Positions 37,912 to 46,390 of a stretch of 59,146 nt of DNA are shown one piece after another; position 1 is the stretch's first letter, and every line of letters starts with the position of its first letter. This DNA comes from a virus. The stretch is from IMG/VR virus record IMGVR_UViG_2029527005_000013; one strand, given 5' to 3'. A program made the translations under genes and the position numbers. The notes under the pieces are model-generated. The model ran no database searches. It was not told the DNA's origin and saw nothing but the letters and a program-made list of their open reading frames with translations.

Positions 37912-38125
37912 CCGCAGGGCTGTTTTCTATCGTGTGGATCGGCGGATGTATCTACATCGGATACATGCTCGGAAAGGCACGTAACTCATAAACGCGCTGT
38001 AACGCTTTCTGAGAGCTTCTGTGATGGGGCAAGGCGATTTATCATCTTCGTCCAGAAAACCTCTCAGAATCGTTCCTGTGCATCCTGACGGGCATTCCCG
38101 TCCCAAACTTTATCGGAGAATACAA

Positions 38126-38449
38126 ATGAAGGTAGAAGGCGCTCTCTGGAAGCTGTTTTACACCGACGAGGATTACTGGAAGGACTACTTCCATGACGAT
38201 ACGCTAATCCTCTTTGATGGTGTCGAAGTTGAAGAGTATGACAGCCCGAACCCGGACACCGTTGTTAAGGTTGAGTCCGGGTATGTCTACACAGGGGCCT
38301 ACGAGAACCAGATGAGTTTGGCAACTTTCTTCCGTCGCTGGAAGAAGATCCAGACCACAGAGGTGATCGTTGTTACTGTGGACAAGGACTACGCTGAGTC
38401 TGTCCGTGATGAAATTGACCGCCTTGATGGCGTAGTGGGGATCAAATGA
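38126..38449 (+). CDS. Hypothetical protein
   Basis: GGAG RBS. Confidence 0.6.
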   Translation: MKVEGALWKLFYTDEDYWKDYFHDDTLILFDGVEVEEYDSPNPDTVVKVESGYVYTGAYENQMSLATFFRRWKKIQTTEVIVVTVDKDYAESVRDEIDRLDGVVGIK

Positions 38450-38637
38450 TCGAATTACTTGGCATTTTGTTTGGACTTATCGTAATCGCTTTGCCTTGGT
38501 TAGTCTGGGCCAAGATCCTCGCCATGTCTTTTGATGGGCAGGTTGGCATTACGGTTACCCTCGGATCTTTGCTCATCGGCGTACCTATGTACTACGCCAT
38601 CGTGATGAAGGTCTTAGAGGCCGCAGGTCATGGATAA
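38446..38637 (+). CDS. Two-TM membrane protein
   Basis: Hydrophobic; ATGA coupling. Confidence 0.55.
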   Translation: MIELLGILFGLIVIALPWLVWAKILAMSFDGQVGITVTLGSLLIGVPMYYAIVMKVLEAAGHG

Positions 38638-39133
38638 GCGGCCTGATGTAATTACCGCACTGGCGGAGATCCTTTCCGATCAAGGATACCCGGTACACTC
38701 GGCGGATGTTTTCGGGGCCATTCATGGAGTGTCTTTGGCGGCTATCCATTCCAACATGCCGCAGCAGGGCGCTCCTGGCGCTATGGGGCCTATGGGTCAG
38801 AACGGCAGGGACGGGAGGGATGCGTTCGATAAGTACGCATGGCACCCTATGGAAGAGTCTCTGATGGAGTGCTCTTGGAAAGGAATCAAGTTCCAGTTCC
38901 CGCTGATGAAAGCCTTCTTCGAGGGATTCCCCGAGGGAGAGCTTACCTATGGGGACATCGGCTACATCCGCACCATCTATGGCAACGCCGTAGTTGAACG
39001 TATGGCAATGTTTTGGCGCAGAGAGTATGAGTATCTTACTGACATGCAGGTATTTCTTAACCAAGAGGACATCACATGCTTGAACCTTATCAGCAAATCA
39101 AATTTGTCTCCGGCCCCTTTGAAGGACTCTTAG
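38630..39133 (+). CDS. Hypothetical protein with short collagen-like linker, C-terminal-motif family
   Basis: GAPGAMGPMGQNGRDGRD then SWKGIKF...LTYGDIGYIRTIYG. Confidence 0.65.
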   Translation: MDKRPDVITALAEILSDQGYPVHSADVFGAIHGVSLAAIHSNMPQQGAPGAMGPMGQNGRDGRDAFDKYAWHPMEESLMECSWKGIKFQFPLMKAFFEGFPEGELTYGDIGYIRTIYGNAVVERMAMFWRREYEYLTDMQVFLNQEDITCLNLISKSNLSPAPLKDS

Positions 39134-39292
39134 GGAAGAGTCTCTCCAAGGCCAGCGAGGAGACTTGGTACGTCCAAGTAATGATCGCGGGTAATCCTGT
39201 GACGCGAGAAGTGAAGAACGAAGAGATCGCTGCCCTCCGGTGATGAATTTCACAGGGATGTGTGATAAAATTGTGTTTTCACAGGAGGATTT

Positions 39293-40444
39293 ATGATCGA
39301 AATGATGCTGGGTGGTGGAAAGAGACCAACACCGAAAGGCAATATCGTCAAGTTCGAGGCGCAGTCCGCTGGTATTGCTGCCCTGTCTGCATCAGGAAAG
39401 CTCTACGTAATAGGTGATCAGTACATCAGCGGTGCGGGCGCTGGTAACTCTGTGACCACATGGACATTGCTTGCCGATGGTGTAGAGACATTTGCGATGG
39501 GTTACAGGAGCACGATCATCAAGATGAAGGATGGTCGGTGGCTTTTCTTGGGGACAAACAACATGTTCCCGACAGGCTTGGGGACGAATGTTTTTACCCT
39601 TACCGATGTCACCCCGTATATGCAATATCCTGAAGGGCTTGTCGTTAGTAGTGTGGCTATCGGATTTGCCAGTCTTGCTGTGGTGTTTACGAACGGTCAG
39701 TACGCTATGTGCGGAAGGAACGGTTTTGGCGGGCTGGGAGTAGGGAACACCACAAACGTCAGGACCTTGACGATGAGGACTGACTTTACCGATGTCAGGA
39801 AGGTGGATTTCGACAAAGGTGCTCTTGACACATCCTACATGATCAGGAACAATGGTTACATGTACGCTTGTGGTGCCTCAGATTCCGGGCAGACGGGTGT
39901 TATCTCCACCGCCCAAGCACTGTGGAAGCTCCAACCGAACGTAGGGAAAGATTTTTACCCAGGGTACTCCGGCTGGTTCTTTACGGTGGACACCGGAACT
40001 CTCTACCTTACCTACGCACAGGGTCGCCAGTTTGACGGCAGTCTTGGAACGGGGTCGGTTGCGGCTACAAACTATACGACGCCACAGGCCGTATTCCAGA
40101 ATGTCAGGGACAGAACCCAAATCCCTGTCATCCATGTAGGACTATACTCCGCCCGTGTAACAAACCCAGACACCGGGGTTCTTTACTACACCGGGACAAG
40201 TAGTGGAGCAATTCAAGGTAGTGGGGTTACCCAGTCGGTACGGTACGCTTTCACGGCGCTACCTGCTGCAACCCTTCAAGGAGAGTATCATGCCTTGAGG
40301 TCGTCTTACACTGCGTCATACCTGCTGATAAACGGAACTTTGTTTGGCACAGGGCAGGACTCCGGTGGACTAGGATTCTTGCCGGGTCTCGGGACCACAA
40401 GATCGAACGTGTATGTAGAACTCGACACAACCGCCGTAACTTAA
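39293..40444 (+). CDS. RCC1/BLIP-II-like beta-propeller protein, probably virion-associated
   Basis: Repeats YAMCGRNGFGGLG, YACGASDSGQTG, YAQGRQFDGSLG; N-terminus MIEMMLGGGK. Confidence 0.65.
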   Translation: MIEMMLGGGKRPTPKGNIVKFEAQSAGIAALSASGKLYVIGDQYISGAGAGNSVTTWTLLADGVETFAMGYRSTIIKMKDGRWLFLGTNNMFPTGLGTNVFTLTDVTPYMQYPEGLVVSSVAIGFASLAVVFTNGQYAMCGRNGFGGLGVGNTTNVRTLTMRTDFTDVRKVDFDKGALDTSYMIRNNGYMYACGASDSGQTGVISTAQALWKLQPNVGKDFYPGYSGWFFTVDTGTLYLTYAQGRQFDGSLGTGSVAATNYTTPQAVFQNVRDRTQIPVIHVGLYSARVTNPDTGVLYYTGTSSGAIQGSGVTQSVRYAFTALPAATLQGEYHALRSSYTASYLLINGTLFGTGQDSGGLGFLPGLGTTRSNVYVELDTTAVT

Positions 40445-40465
40445 ACCGCCTTCGGGCGGTTTTTT
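40443..40465 (+). terminator. Rho-independent terminator
   Basis: AAACCGCC-TTCG-GGCGGTTTTTT. Confidence 0.9.
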
Positions 40466-40470
40466 ATTGC

Positions 40471-40498
40471 TTGCAATCCGAGAACGGTCGTGTATACT
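40471..40498 (+). promoter_or_regulatory. sigma70-like promoter, 16-bp-spacer class
   Basis: TTGCAA-16-TATACT. Confidence 0.6.
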
Positions 40499-40568
40499 GG
40501 TTATGTCGGTTATCCCTTGTGGGGGATAAGTCATTGATTATCCTCTGAAGGGGATAGAAGGAGGGTCT

Positions 40569-40799
40569 ATGTCTGAAAACATCCCTGCGGGGAAGGTGCT
40601 TGACAACTACGAGCGCCAACAACTGAAGGTGGAGCTTTCGCTCCTGAAGGATTGGCTGGACAAGCTGAACAGAACTGACGTTTACACGGACGAGTACACA
40701 CCGTGGCAACGTGTTGAACATTCAGCAAATATCACTGCTGCGTCGCATGACATTGATGCGATCGAGCTATCACTGGAAACAGGCCGGAGGGTATACTGA
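40569..40799 (+). CDS. Hypothetical protein
   Basis: AGGAGG RBS. Confidence 0.6.
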   Translation: MSENIPAGKVLDNYERQQLKVELSLLKDWLDKLNRTDVYTDEYTPWQRVEHSANITAASHDIDAIELSLETGRRVY

Positions 40800-41146
40800 T
40801 GGCAGCACTGGTAACAAGAGGCCACGAGTCCATGCACTGGTTCTTGTGGGAGGCAATAGTGATGCAGGCTGACGATATGTTCAGCAAAGGCATCATCGGG
40901 AAAGAACTGTCTGAAGAGGTGGACCTCATCACCCGGCGCACCCAAGAGTTGGGTGTATTTTCTACCAAGTTGCGGATCATGGCTTGTGAAGTTGAAGCCA
41001 AACTGATCCCGTTCGAAGCTGAGTGGCGTATTGCCGTAAACAAAGAGGAAGAGGAGCTTAACAATGCAATTGAAGTGTACGAACGTGATCGCGGACTTCA
41101 ACAAGGTGTTTCCGAAGGGCCAGATCTTCACAGCTTCGGAGCTTAA
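40799..41146 (+). CDS. Hypothetical protein
   Basis: GGAGG RBS, TGATG coupling. Confidence 0.6.
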   Translation: MAALVTRGHESMHWFLWEAIVMQADDMFSKGIIGKELSEEVDLITRRTQELGVFSTKLRIMACEVEAKLIPFEAEWRIAVNKEEEELNNAIEVYERDRGLQQGVSEGPDLHSFGA

Positions 41147-41351
41147 AAACGGATTCTGCGACGTAGAGGGCCTGCGGCCTAAACGTAACGGGACGCCGTG
41201 GACTGGGGTTGTATCGCTGGGCCACATCGTGGTGCTTGGCGTTGCCAAATTTGAAATTGTACCGGAGGAAGGTGATGATACCACGACTGACAAAGACGAC
41301 GCTGCACAAGCTGTTCAAGGAGTGGCAGTGGAAGCAACTGAACAGGCGTAA
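41064..41351 (+). CDS. Hypothetical protein
   Basis: GAGGAG RBS; overlaps neighbours. Confidence 0.5.
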   Translation: MQLKCTNVIADFNKVFPKGQIFTASELKNGFCDVEGLRPKRNGTPWTGVVSLGHIVVLGVAKFEIVPEEGDDTTTDKDDAAQAVQGVAVEATEQA

Positions 41352-41760
41352 GCATGTCGGCAGGTTAATCTGGACTGATAACGGCGCGGCCCGTAAGGAC
41401 AACCGGACAACCGTTCGTGTCGGCAAGCCGATCATCAAGTTCAAGTTCGAGATTGGCTCGTACTTGGGCGGGACGGTTACCAATACCCCGCGCCACTTCT
41501 GCATAGAAACTACAAGCAAGCAGGATCGTATCTCGTGGATGGCGACACCACAAGACGAGGTGTTCCTGAAGCGCAGGATTGGTAAAGTGTGGCAGGCCCC
41601 GGTGAAGCTGACAGGCTTCTTTGAAGATCCTTATGAGATCACCAACGAAGAACTTGAGTTTCTGGAGCTACTGTACCCGGGAATCTGTTCGCAGGTGGTA
41701 GAACTGCTGCCGGGTTTGCACGGCATCGATGACGCACTGAAGGAGAAATTCAATGGGTGA
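41275..41760 (+). CDS. Hypothetical protein, C-terminal-motif family
   Basis: FFEDPYEITNEELEFLELLYPG; GGAGG RBS. Confidence 0.65.
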   Translation: MIPRLTKTTLHKLFKEWQWKQLNRRKHVGRLIWTDNGAARKDNRTTVRVGKPIIKFKFEIGSYLGGTVTNTPRHFCIETTSKQDRISWMATPQDEVFLKRRIGKVWQAPVKLTGFFEDPYEITNEELEFLELLYPGICSQVVELLPGLHGIDDALKEKFNG

Positions 41761-41992
41761 TTGTTTACCGAAGTGCTACGACTCTAAACGGGTCCCGTCC
41801 CAGTGGAAACAGGATCAGCGTGTGCGTATCCTGCGTGGGAAAAATAAGGGCCGGATGGCCCTCGTTTCCTACGAAACAGAGCCGCACCCGCTTTCCAGTA
41901 AGCGTCGATTTTACCTGTGGCTTGAGTCCCGGCATAACTTCTGGGCACCAAATCACGTACTGATGAACGAAGATGGGTTCGTTGCCGTATGA
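41753..41992 (+). CDS. Small KOW/SH3-like hypothetical protein
   Basis: QRVRILRGKNKGRMALV KOW-like pattern. Confidence 0.5.
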   Translation: MGDCLPKCYDSKRVPSQWKQDQRVRILRGKNKGRMALVSYETEPHPLSSKRRFYLWLESRHNFWAPNHVLMNEDGFVAV

Positions 41993-42312
41993 AACCACCA
42001 AAGTTTATCCACGAAAAGTCGGTAAATTACCTGTACAAGGGCCACGAGATCTCGGTTTCGTTGCCCGCAGAGATTATCGACTACCTCTCTCAGGCCGAAA
42101 TAGGTGACTTCACAGGGGAGAGTGATGACTTGGCTCTGTTCGAGATGGTGTACCCGGAGTGGTTCGAGTACGTGAAGACCCACATGGAGGCCCAACTGGA
42201 GATAAAGCGCTGGCAGAAGAGATTCTTCGGCGATGACTTCAATTTCCCCAAAACGGACGAAATTGTTGACGCCGGGACAAATTTCCGCTATTCTCGACCA
42301 GAATTGACGTAA
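41989..42312 (+). CDS. Hypothetical protein, C-terminal-motif family (minimal member)
   Basis: YLYKGHEISVSL...DDLALFEMVYPEWF. Confidence 0.65.
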   Translation: MKPPKFIHEKSVNYLYKGHEISVSLPAEIIDYLSQAEIGDFTGESDDLALFEMVYPEWFEYVKTHMEAQLEIKRWQKRFFGDDFNFPKTDEIVDAGTNFRYSRPELT

Positions 42313-42375
42313 AACTGCAAAATATCTGCACTTTTGGGCCAAAAACGACAAAATATTGACACTTTGGAGGTAAAA

Positions 42376-42723
42376 ATGGTTACAACTCAAGACGTTAAAA
42401 ACATGGTCCTTTTTGCCGAGGGCAACCCAGAGATGATGAAAACTCTGAAGAACCTGAACATTTTTGACTACTGGGTCAACAAATACCGGGATTTCGAAGA
42501 GATGTTGAACTGTGAGTACCCGGCACTGGTGAAGCTGTGGGATATTGACCTGCACTGTCTCCGTCTGTACACTCGTATGGAGAAAGAGATGGAATTTTAC
42601 CCGGGTAAAGCAGTAATGTTCAAGACCCTGGCGGAAGCACACAAGGGTTCCATTCTGAAGGACATGGAGACCATCTCTGAAGTCCTCCATATGGAGTACG
42701 ACGACTTCTTTGGGTTGGAGTGA
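42376..42723 (+). CDS. Hypothetical protein
   Basis: GGAGG RBS. Confidence 0.6.
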   Translation: MVTTQDVKNMVLFAEGNPEMMKTLKNLNIFDYWVNKYRDFEEMLNCEYPALVKLWDIDLHCLRLYTRMEKEMEFYPGKAVMFKTLAEAHKGSILKDMETISEVLHMEYDDFFGLE

Positions 42724-42725
42724 TT

Positions 42726-43133
42726 ATGGCTAAGTACCTGAAAGACATGTCCGATTTCGACATCAATCTGAAACTGGTCCGTGGCCTTCGCCTCGGGAGC
42801 AGTGAAGGACCAGCCGAGCGCGGGTCACGCGACTGGGGAGATTACGGGTGTGGGAGTTCTGTGGTGTACTACGAGCGAGTCTTCGAGGAGGTCAGTGGAC
42901 TTCCAGGCATCCACACGATGGCCCGGCTGGTGAAGCGCACCGTTGATTTCTGCAACGACCCGGCGAAGGCATTTCCGCTGATCGAGGCGAATAAGATCGA
43001 CCTGCGATATAACCACTCAGACGTATCCTGGGAGGCTTCTCGCGGAACCCTATGGACGACTCATGTTAACCCGTTGCGGGCCGCTATGGGCCTCCTGGCC
43101 GTGTTATTGGACGAAAAGGAGAAGGGCTTATGA
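42726..43133 (+). CDS. NinX/DUF2591-like phage protein
   Basis: DFCNDPA.AFPLI....I.L....W.A...NPLRAAM. Confidence 0.65.
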   Translation: MAKYLKDMSDFDINLKLVRGLRLGSSEGPAERGSRDWGDYGCGSSVVYYERVFEEVSGLPGIHTMARLVKRTVDFCNDPAKAFPLIEANKIDLRYNHSDVSWEASRGTLWTTHVNPLRAAMGLLAVLLDEKEKGL

Positions 43134-43405
43134 AGATCCTGATTGAGAAGAACGTCAAGACGTACTCTAACGGCAAGGTCGTCGAGTATTACCGGGTGAA
43201 GTACAACCGGGGCTTCTGGTGGCCCTTCTGGCAGTACGTCCAGCAGAATTACTGCCACGCTGACCCGGACGTAAAGGAGTTTGATACTCTGGAGGAAGCG
43301 AAAAGGGTTGCAAAGAAACTCCGGGACGAGTATATTGGACCTGACCACAAGATAACGGACCTCGACATCAACGGGGACCCTATACTCAAATATTGCGGAG
43401 GATAA
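43130..43405 (+). CDS. Hypothetical protein
   Basis: ATGA coupling; F.TLEEAK motif. Confidence 0.6.
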   Translation: MKILIEKNVKTYSNGKVVEYYRVKYNRGFWWPFWQYVQQNYCHADPDVKEFDTLEEAKRVAKKLRDEYIGPDHKITDLDINGDPILKYCGG

Positions 43406-43406
43406 T

Positions 43407-43640
43407 ATGATCGGATTTGGTATTCGTAAGGACGTAAAAGGTCTCACCGACGAGCGCCTTGAGGAAGAAATTCAATGGGTTAACGGCTATCTTCGCCGTT
43501 TCCCAGAGCCTGCGGCTATCCGTGGGAAGAGTTATGTCCGCCGCTGGGCTGAGGAGTGCCGCCGGGAACTGGACCTGCGGGCAGGAAAGTTGGCTGACGA
43601 TCTGGCGGACCCAAGTGCAGAGTTTGTGGAGGTACACTGA
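43407..43640 (+). CDS. Hypothetical protein
   Basis: GGAGG RBS. Confidence 0.55.
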   Translation: MIGFGIRKDVKGLTDERLEEEIQWVNGYLRRFPEPAAIRGKSYVRRWAEECRRELDLRAGKLADDLADPSAEFVEVH

Positions 43641-43840
43641 TGGGTGGCTACCATGAGGCTTACGCCATCTCCCGTAAGGGTAACGACTCAATCTGCAATA
43701 TGGATGGTCAGTATATGATCTACACTTCCATGCACGTTGCGGCACATAATCTCGGGGTTGTGGCGAAGATGAACCCTGGGGTGGAATTTACTATCAGGCC
43801 GTTCAAAATGAAACTGCCGTGGACTAAACAAGGGTGGTGA
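43640..43840 (+). CDS. Hypothetical protein
   Basis: TGATG coupling. Confidence 0.5.
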   Translation: MGGYHEAYAISRKGNDSICNMDGQYMIYTSMHVAAHNLGVVAKMNPGVEFTIRPFKMKLPWTKQGW

Positions 43841-43841
43841 T

Positions 43842-44321
43842 ATGTATACAGTGATTTCTTACCGGGCCAACGGTGCCGTGTTTTACGGCGGATACTGCGA
43901 GGGCCGAACGGAGAGCGACTTCCACATGGAAACCATGCGTGAGCGCCCGGATGCGGTCTGGGCATTGGCTAACGTGATGTTTAAGGACATGGTGGCGCAG
44001 AACCGGGACCTGAACCCCGACTACACTTTCACCGAGGCGGCTGAAATTTCCCTGGGGATCAACGGCTACTTCGGTTCCGAGTTCGCCATTGCCAGTATTG
44101 ATGATGAAGAGTACGATCGGTACTGTGAGGAAAGGGATGCTATTCTTGCAGAGGCGAAAGAGAAGGCAGACTCCTTGTACAGCAATCACATCAACAACCG
44201 TGCAGCGGAGAAGGCCCGCATTCGACGAGAGAACGAGGAGGCAGCAAAGCGCCGGGAAGAAGCGGCGGAACGCGCTCAACTGGCTAAACTTCAGGCAAAA
44301 TACGGGGTAATCAATGGCTAA
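43842..44321 (+). CDS. Hypothetical protein with C-terminal coiled coil
   Basis: ERAQLAKLQAKYG tail common in phage proteins. Confidence 0.65.
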   Translation: MYTVISYRANGAVFYGGYCEGRTESDFHMETMRERPDAVWALANVMFKDMVAQNRDLNPDYTFTEAAEISLGINGYFGSEFAIASIDDEEYDRYCEERDAILAEAKEKADSLYSNHINNRAAEKARIRRENEEAAKRREEAAERAQLAKLQAKYGVING

Positions 44322-44562
44322 GATGCGCTCAGGTATGCACAGTTCCGGGCTGTTCTGCCCGATGGTGTTCCACGACCAGATCCAGAAAGGTGAGATCTTC
44401 GTTGAGTCAACTGACCACCCTCATGTGGTTGAAGTGACGCATAAGGACTGCTTCGTTGAGTATGCCTTCTGGGACGAGGCCGGGCTGGCCTGCCCTGGCG
44501 GAGCTACTTTCGAAGAGGCAGTAAAGAGCTTTGACGATTACTGCAAGTATGTGCTGGGGTGA
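44314..44562 (+). CDS. Hypothetical protein
   Basis: FWDEAG...TFEEA...Y motif. Confidence 0.55.
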   Translation: MAKMRSGMHSSGLFCPMVFHDQIQKGEIFVESTDHPHVVEVTHKDCFVEYAFWDEAGLACPGGATFEEAVKSFDDYCKYVLG

Positions 44563-44639
44563 TCGATGGCAGGTTACATCTTTATGGGCCTGCTCATCTT
44601 CATGATGGTTGGCCTCTTAATTGTCTTGGGGGATAACTG

Positions 44640-44855
44640 ATGAAAGCCTATGTGTATCAACTGTTTCACGTGAGTATGCGTGGTGAAGACACGCAGGCTG
44701 ATGCTTTCTGCGGCCTGTTCACGAGCTTACCATTCGTCCGGGAGTATATCGCCCAGTCTAACGACGCGCCGGAAGAGTTTGACTGCTACAGGCACCCTCT
44801 GAACCCGAAAGGGGCGTACTACGTCCCGGCACCTGTGCAGATTTTCCGCAAGTAA
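44640..44855 (+). CDS. Hypothetical protein
   Basis: ORF ending just before a terminator. Confidence 0.55.
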   Translation: MKAYVYQLFHVSMRGEDTQADAFCGLFTSLPFVREYIAQSNDAPEEFDCYRHPLNPKGAYYVPAPVQIFRK

Positions 44856-44863
44856 GCCTCTGT

Positions 44864-44884
44864 TAACCGCCTCCGGGCGGTTTT
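44864..44884 (+). terminator. Rho-independent terminator
   Basis: AACCGCC-TCCG-GGCGGTTTT. Confidence 0.75.
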
Positions 44885-44929
44885 CATGTTTAAGAAATGA
44901 ACTTTTTTCGACAAATGCCCCGAAACATG

Positions 44930-44958
44930 TTTACAGCATAAACATATGGGTGTATATT
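44930..44958 (+). promoter_or_regulatory. sigma70-like promoter
   Basis: TTTACA-17-TATATT. Confidence 0.5.
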
Positions 44959-44984
44959 GGTCACATAAATCGAGGAGGGGAAAG

Positions 44985-45170
44985 ATGACCGATGAAGAAC
45001 TGAACCGTACACGTGAAAAGATCAAGAGTATGAGTAACGGGCACCTGTGCCTGTCGATTCAACTTACCCGGGCAAGCCTTTCTTGGGGACGGCAGACTCA
45101 AGACGGTAAGCCGGAAATTATATTGATTGAGCTTCTTCGTGAAGCCGGAGAGCGAGGACTTGTGGAATGA
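44985..45170 (+). CDS. Small helical protein, paralog of the next gene
   Basis: GAGGAGG RBS; ELLREAGERGLVE. Confidence 0.6.
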   Translation: MTDEELNRTREKIKSMSNGHLCLSIQLTRASLSWGRQTQDGKPEIILIELLREAGERGLVE

Positions 45171-45349
45171 AAACCGAACCAACTATCGAACAAATCCGTG
45201 AGACGGTCAGCCGTCTTGACGACAGTTCCATCCTGTCAACCCTGCCACTCATGCGGGAGATGGCGCTGATGCTGGGTGAACGTAGCTCTGCTGCGGTCAT
45301 GGTTGTGGAATTGTGCCGTGAAGGCGTCAAGAGGGGTATCCTGGAATGA
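45167..45349 (+). CDS. Small helical protein
   Basis: ELCREGVKRGILE; ATGA coupling. Confidence 0.6.
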   Translation: MKTEPTIEQIRETVSRLDDSSILSTLPLMREMALMLGERSSAAVMVVELCREGVKRGILE

Positions 45350-45455
45350 CGGCCTTGTTGGGCATTGCCTGTTTACTTTTTATCGTCGGGATGTTACTGT
45401 ATCTTGGTTGGACATACCTCGAAGATGAAGTCCTTCCCGACAGAGGGGTGTTCAA

Positions 45456-45656
45456 ATGAAAAATTACCGTATTGCGATCGTTGAGTACGACAACTTTTTC
45501 GTCGGAAAGAAGAAGACGTATGCCCTACAGAAGCGCATCGGATTTTTCTTCTGGTATACCGTCACGTATTGCGATAGTGTTACGCAATGCCTGACTTATT
45601 ACGATAACACAAAAAACAAAAAGGAGACTATTATCAATGTCTTACGTACCTTCTAG
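45456..45656 (+). CDS. Hypothetical protein
   Basis: YRI...Y.LQKR..FFFW pattern. Confidence 0.5.
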   Translation: MKNYRIAIVEYDNFFVGKKKTYALQKRIGFFFWYTVTYCDSVTQCLTYYDNTKNKKETIINVLRTF

Positions 45657-45843
45657 TGAAACACTGAACGTCCCTCACGTTGTTGAGGACATCAACGGAA
45701 ACATTCTGGCGATGACGTACAACTGGACGAAGGCCCGTGACTTCGCCAAGTACCAGGATCGCTTCATGATGAACGTCTGCACTGTCCGCCCGGCGGACGA
45801 AGATGATGTCGCCAGCTTTATGCGCCGACTGGGGGATTGCTAA
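45637..45843 (+). CDS. Hypothetical protein
   Basis: AGGAG RBS. Confidence 0.5.
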   Translation: MSYVPSSETLNVPHVVEDINGNILAMTYNWTKARDFAKYQDRFMMNVCTVRPADEDDVASFMRRLGDC

Positions 45844-46037
45844 TGGAGCCGCCAAGCCGCAAGAAGGATTGGGTGCTGACGTATTGGTATCAGTACACCG
45901 AGCGCTCAATCCCGAAGACCCGTGCTATCCGGGTGGCCCGTGAAGGGCTGAAGGAAGAGGAGCACGTCATAACCGGGCACCTCGATGCGATGGGCCTGAT
46001 GGACCTTTTACAATGCGACCTGCCGAGGAGCCGATAA
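45843..46037 (+). CDS. Hypothetical protein
   Basis: TAATG coupling. Confidence 0.5.
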   Translation: MEPPSRKKDWVLTYWYQYTERSIPKTRAIRVAREGLKEEEHVITGHLDAMGLMDLLQCDLPRSR

Positions 46038-46390
46038 TGGAAGACGATCGCAGCCCGTATGCCGGGTACAATCCTATCCTGCCGAACAGTGAAGAGGAGG
46101 CTGTCTTAGAGAAGCGAGTCTTTGACATGCTGTACCACGGCAGGAACAACCTGCAAAACCGGGGCCAGTGGGAACATCGAGATCTGCTGCAAGACCTGTG
46201 GCGAGAGTTCGTGTTCCGTGAGTCTTGGTACACGAACCAGGACAAACCTAAAGACTGGTATTTTGGGTACGTCGATGCCCTGAAACACCACGAGGGCGAC
46301 TGCCCGCCGGGCGGGTACAAAGGCCCTAACGGTAATCCTAAAACCGACTATGACTTCGGCTGGAACGCCGGATGGAAGGCATCCTCATGA
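46037..46390 (+). CDS. Hypothetical protein
   Basis: GAGGAG RBS; Y.FGY...Y.FGW..GW tail. Confidence 0.55.
   Translation: MEDDRSPYAGYNPILPNSEEEAVLEKRVFDMLYHGRNNLQNRGQWEHRDLLQDLWREFVFRESWYTNQDKPKDWYFGYVDALKHHEGDCPPGGYKGPNGNPKTDYDFGWNAGWKASS

Noticed and set aside
35953-39133. Collagen-like tail fibre genes
   Set aside because: Only about six G-X-Y triplets in 140-170 aa proteins outside any structural module.
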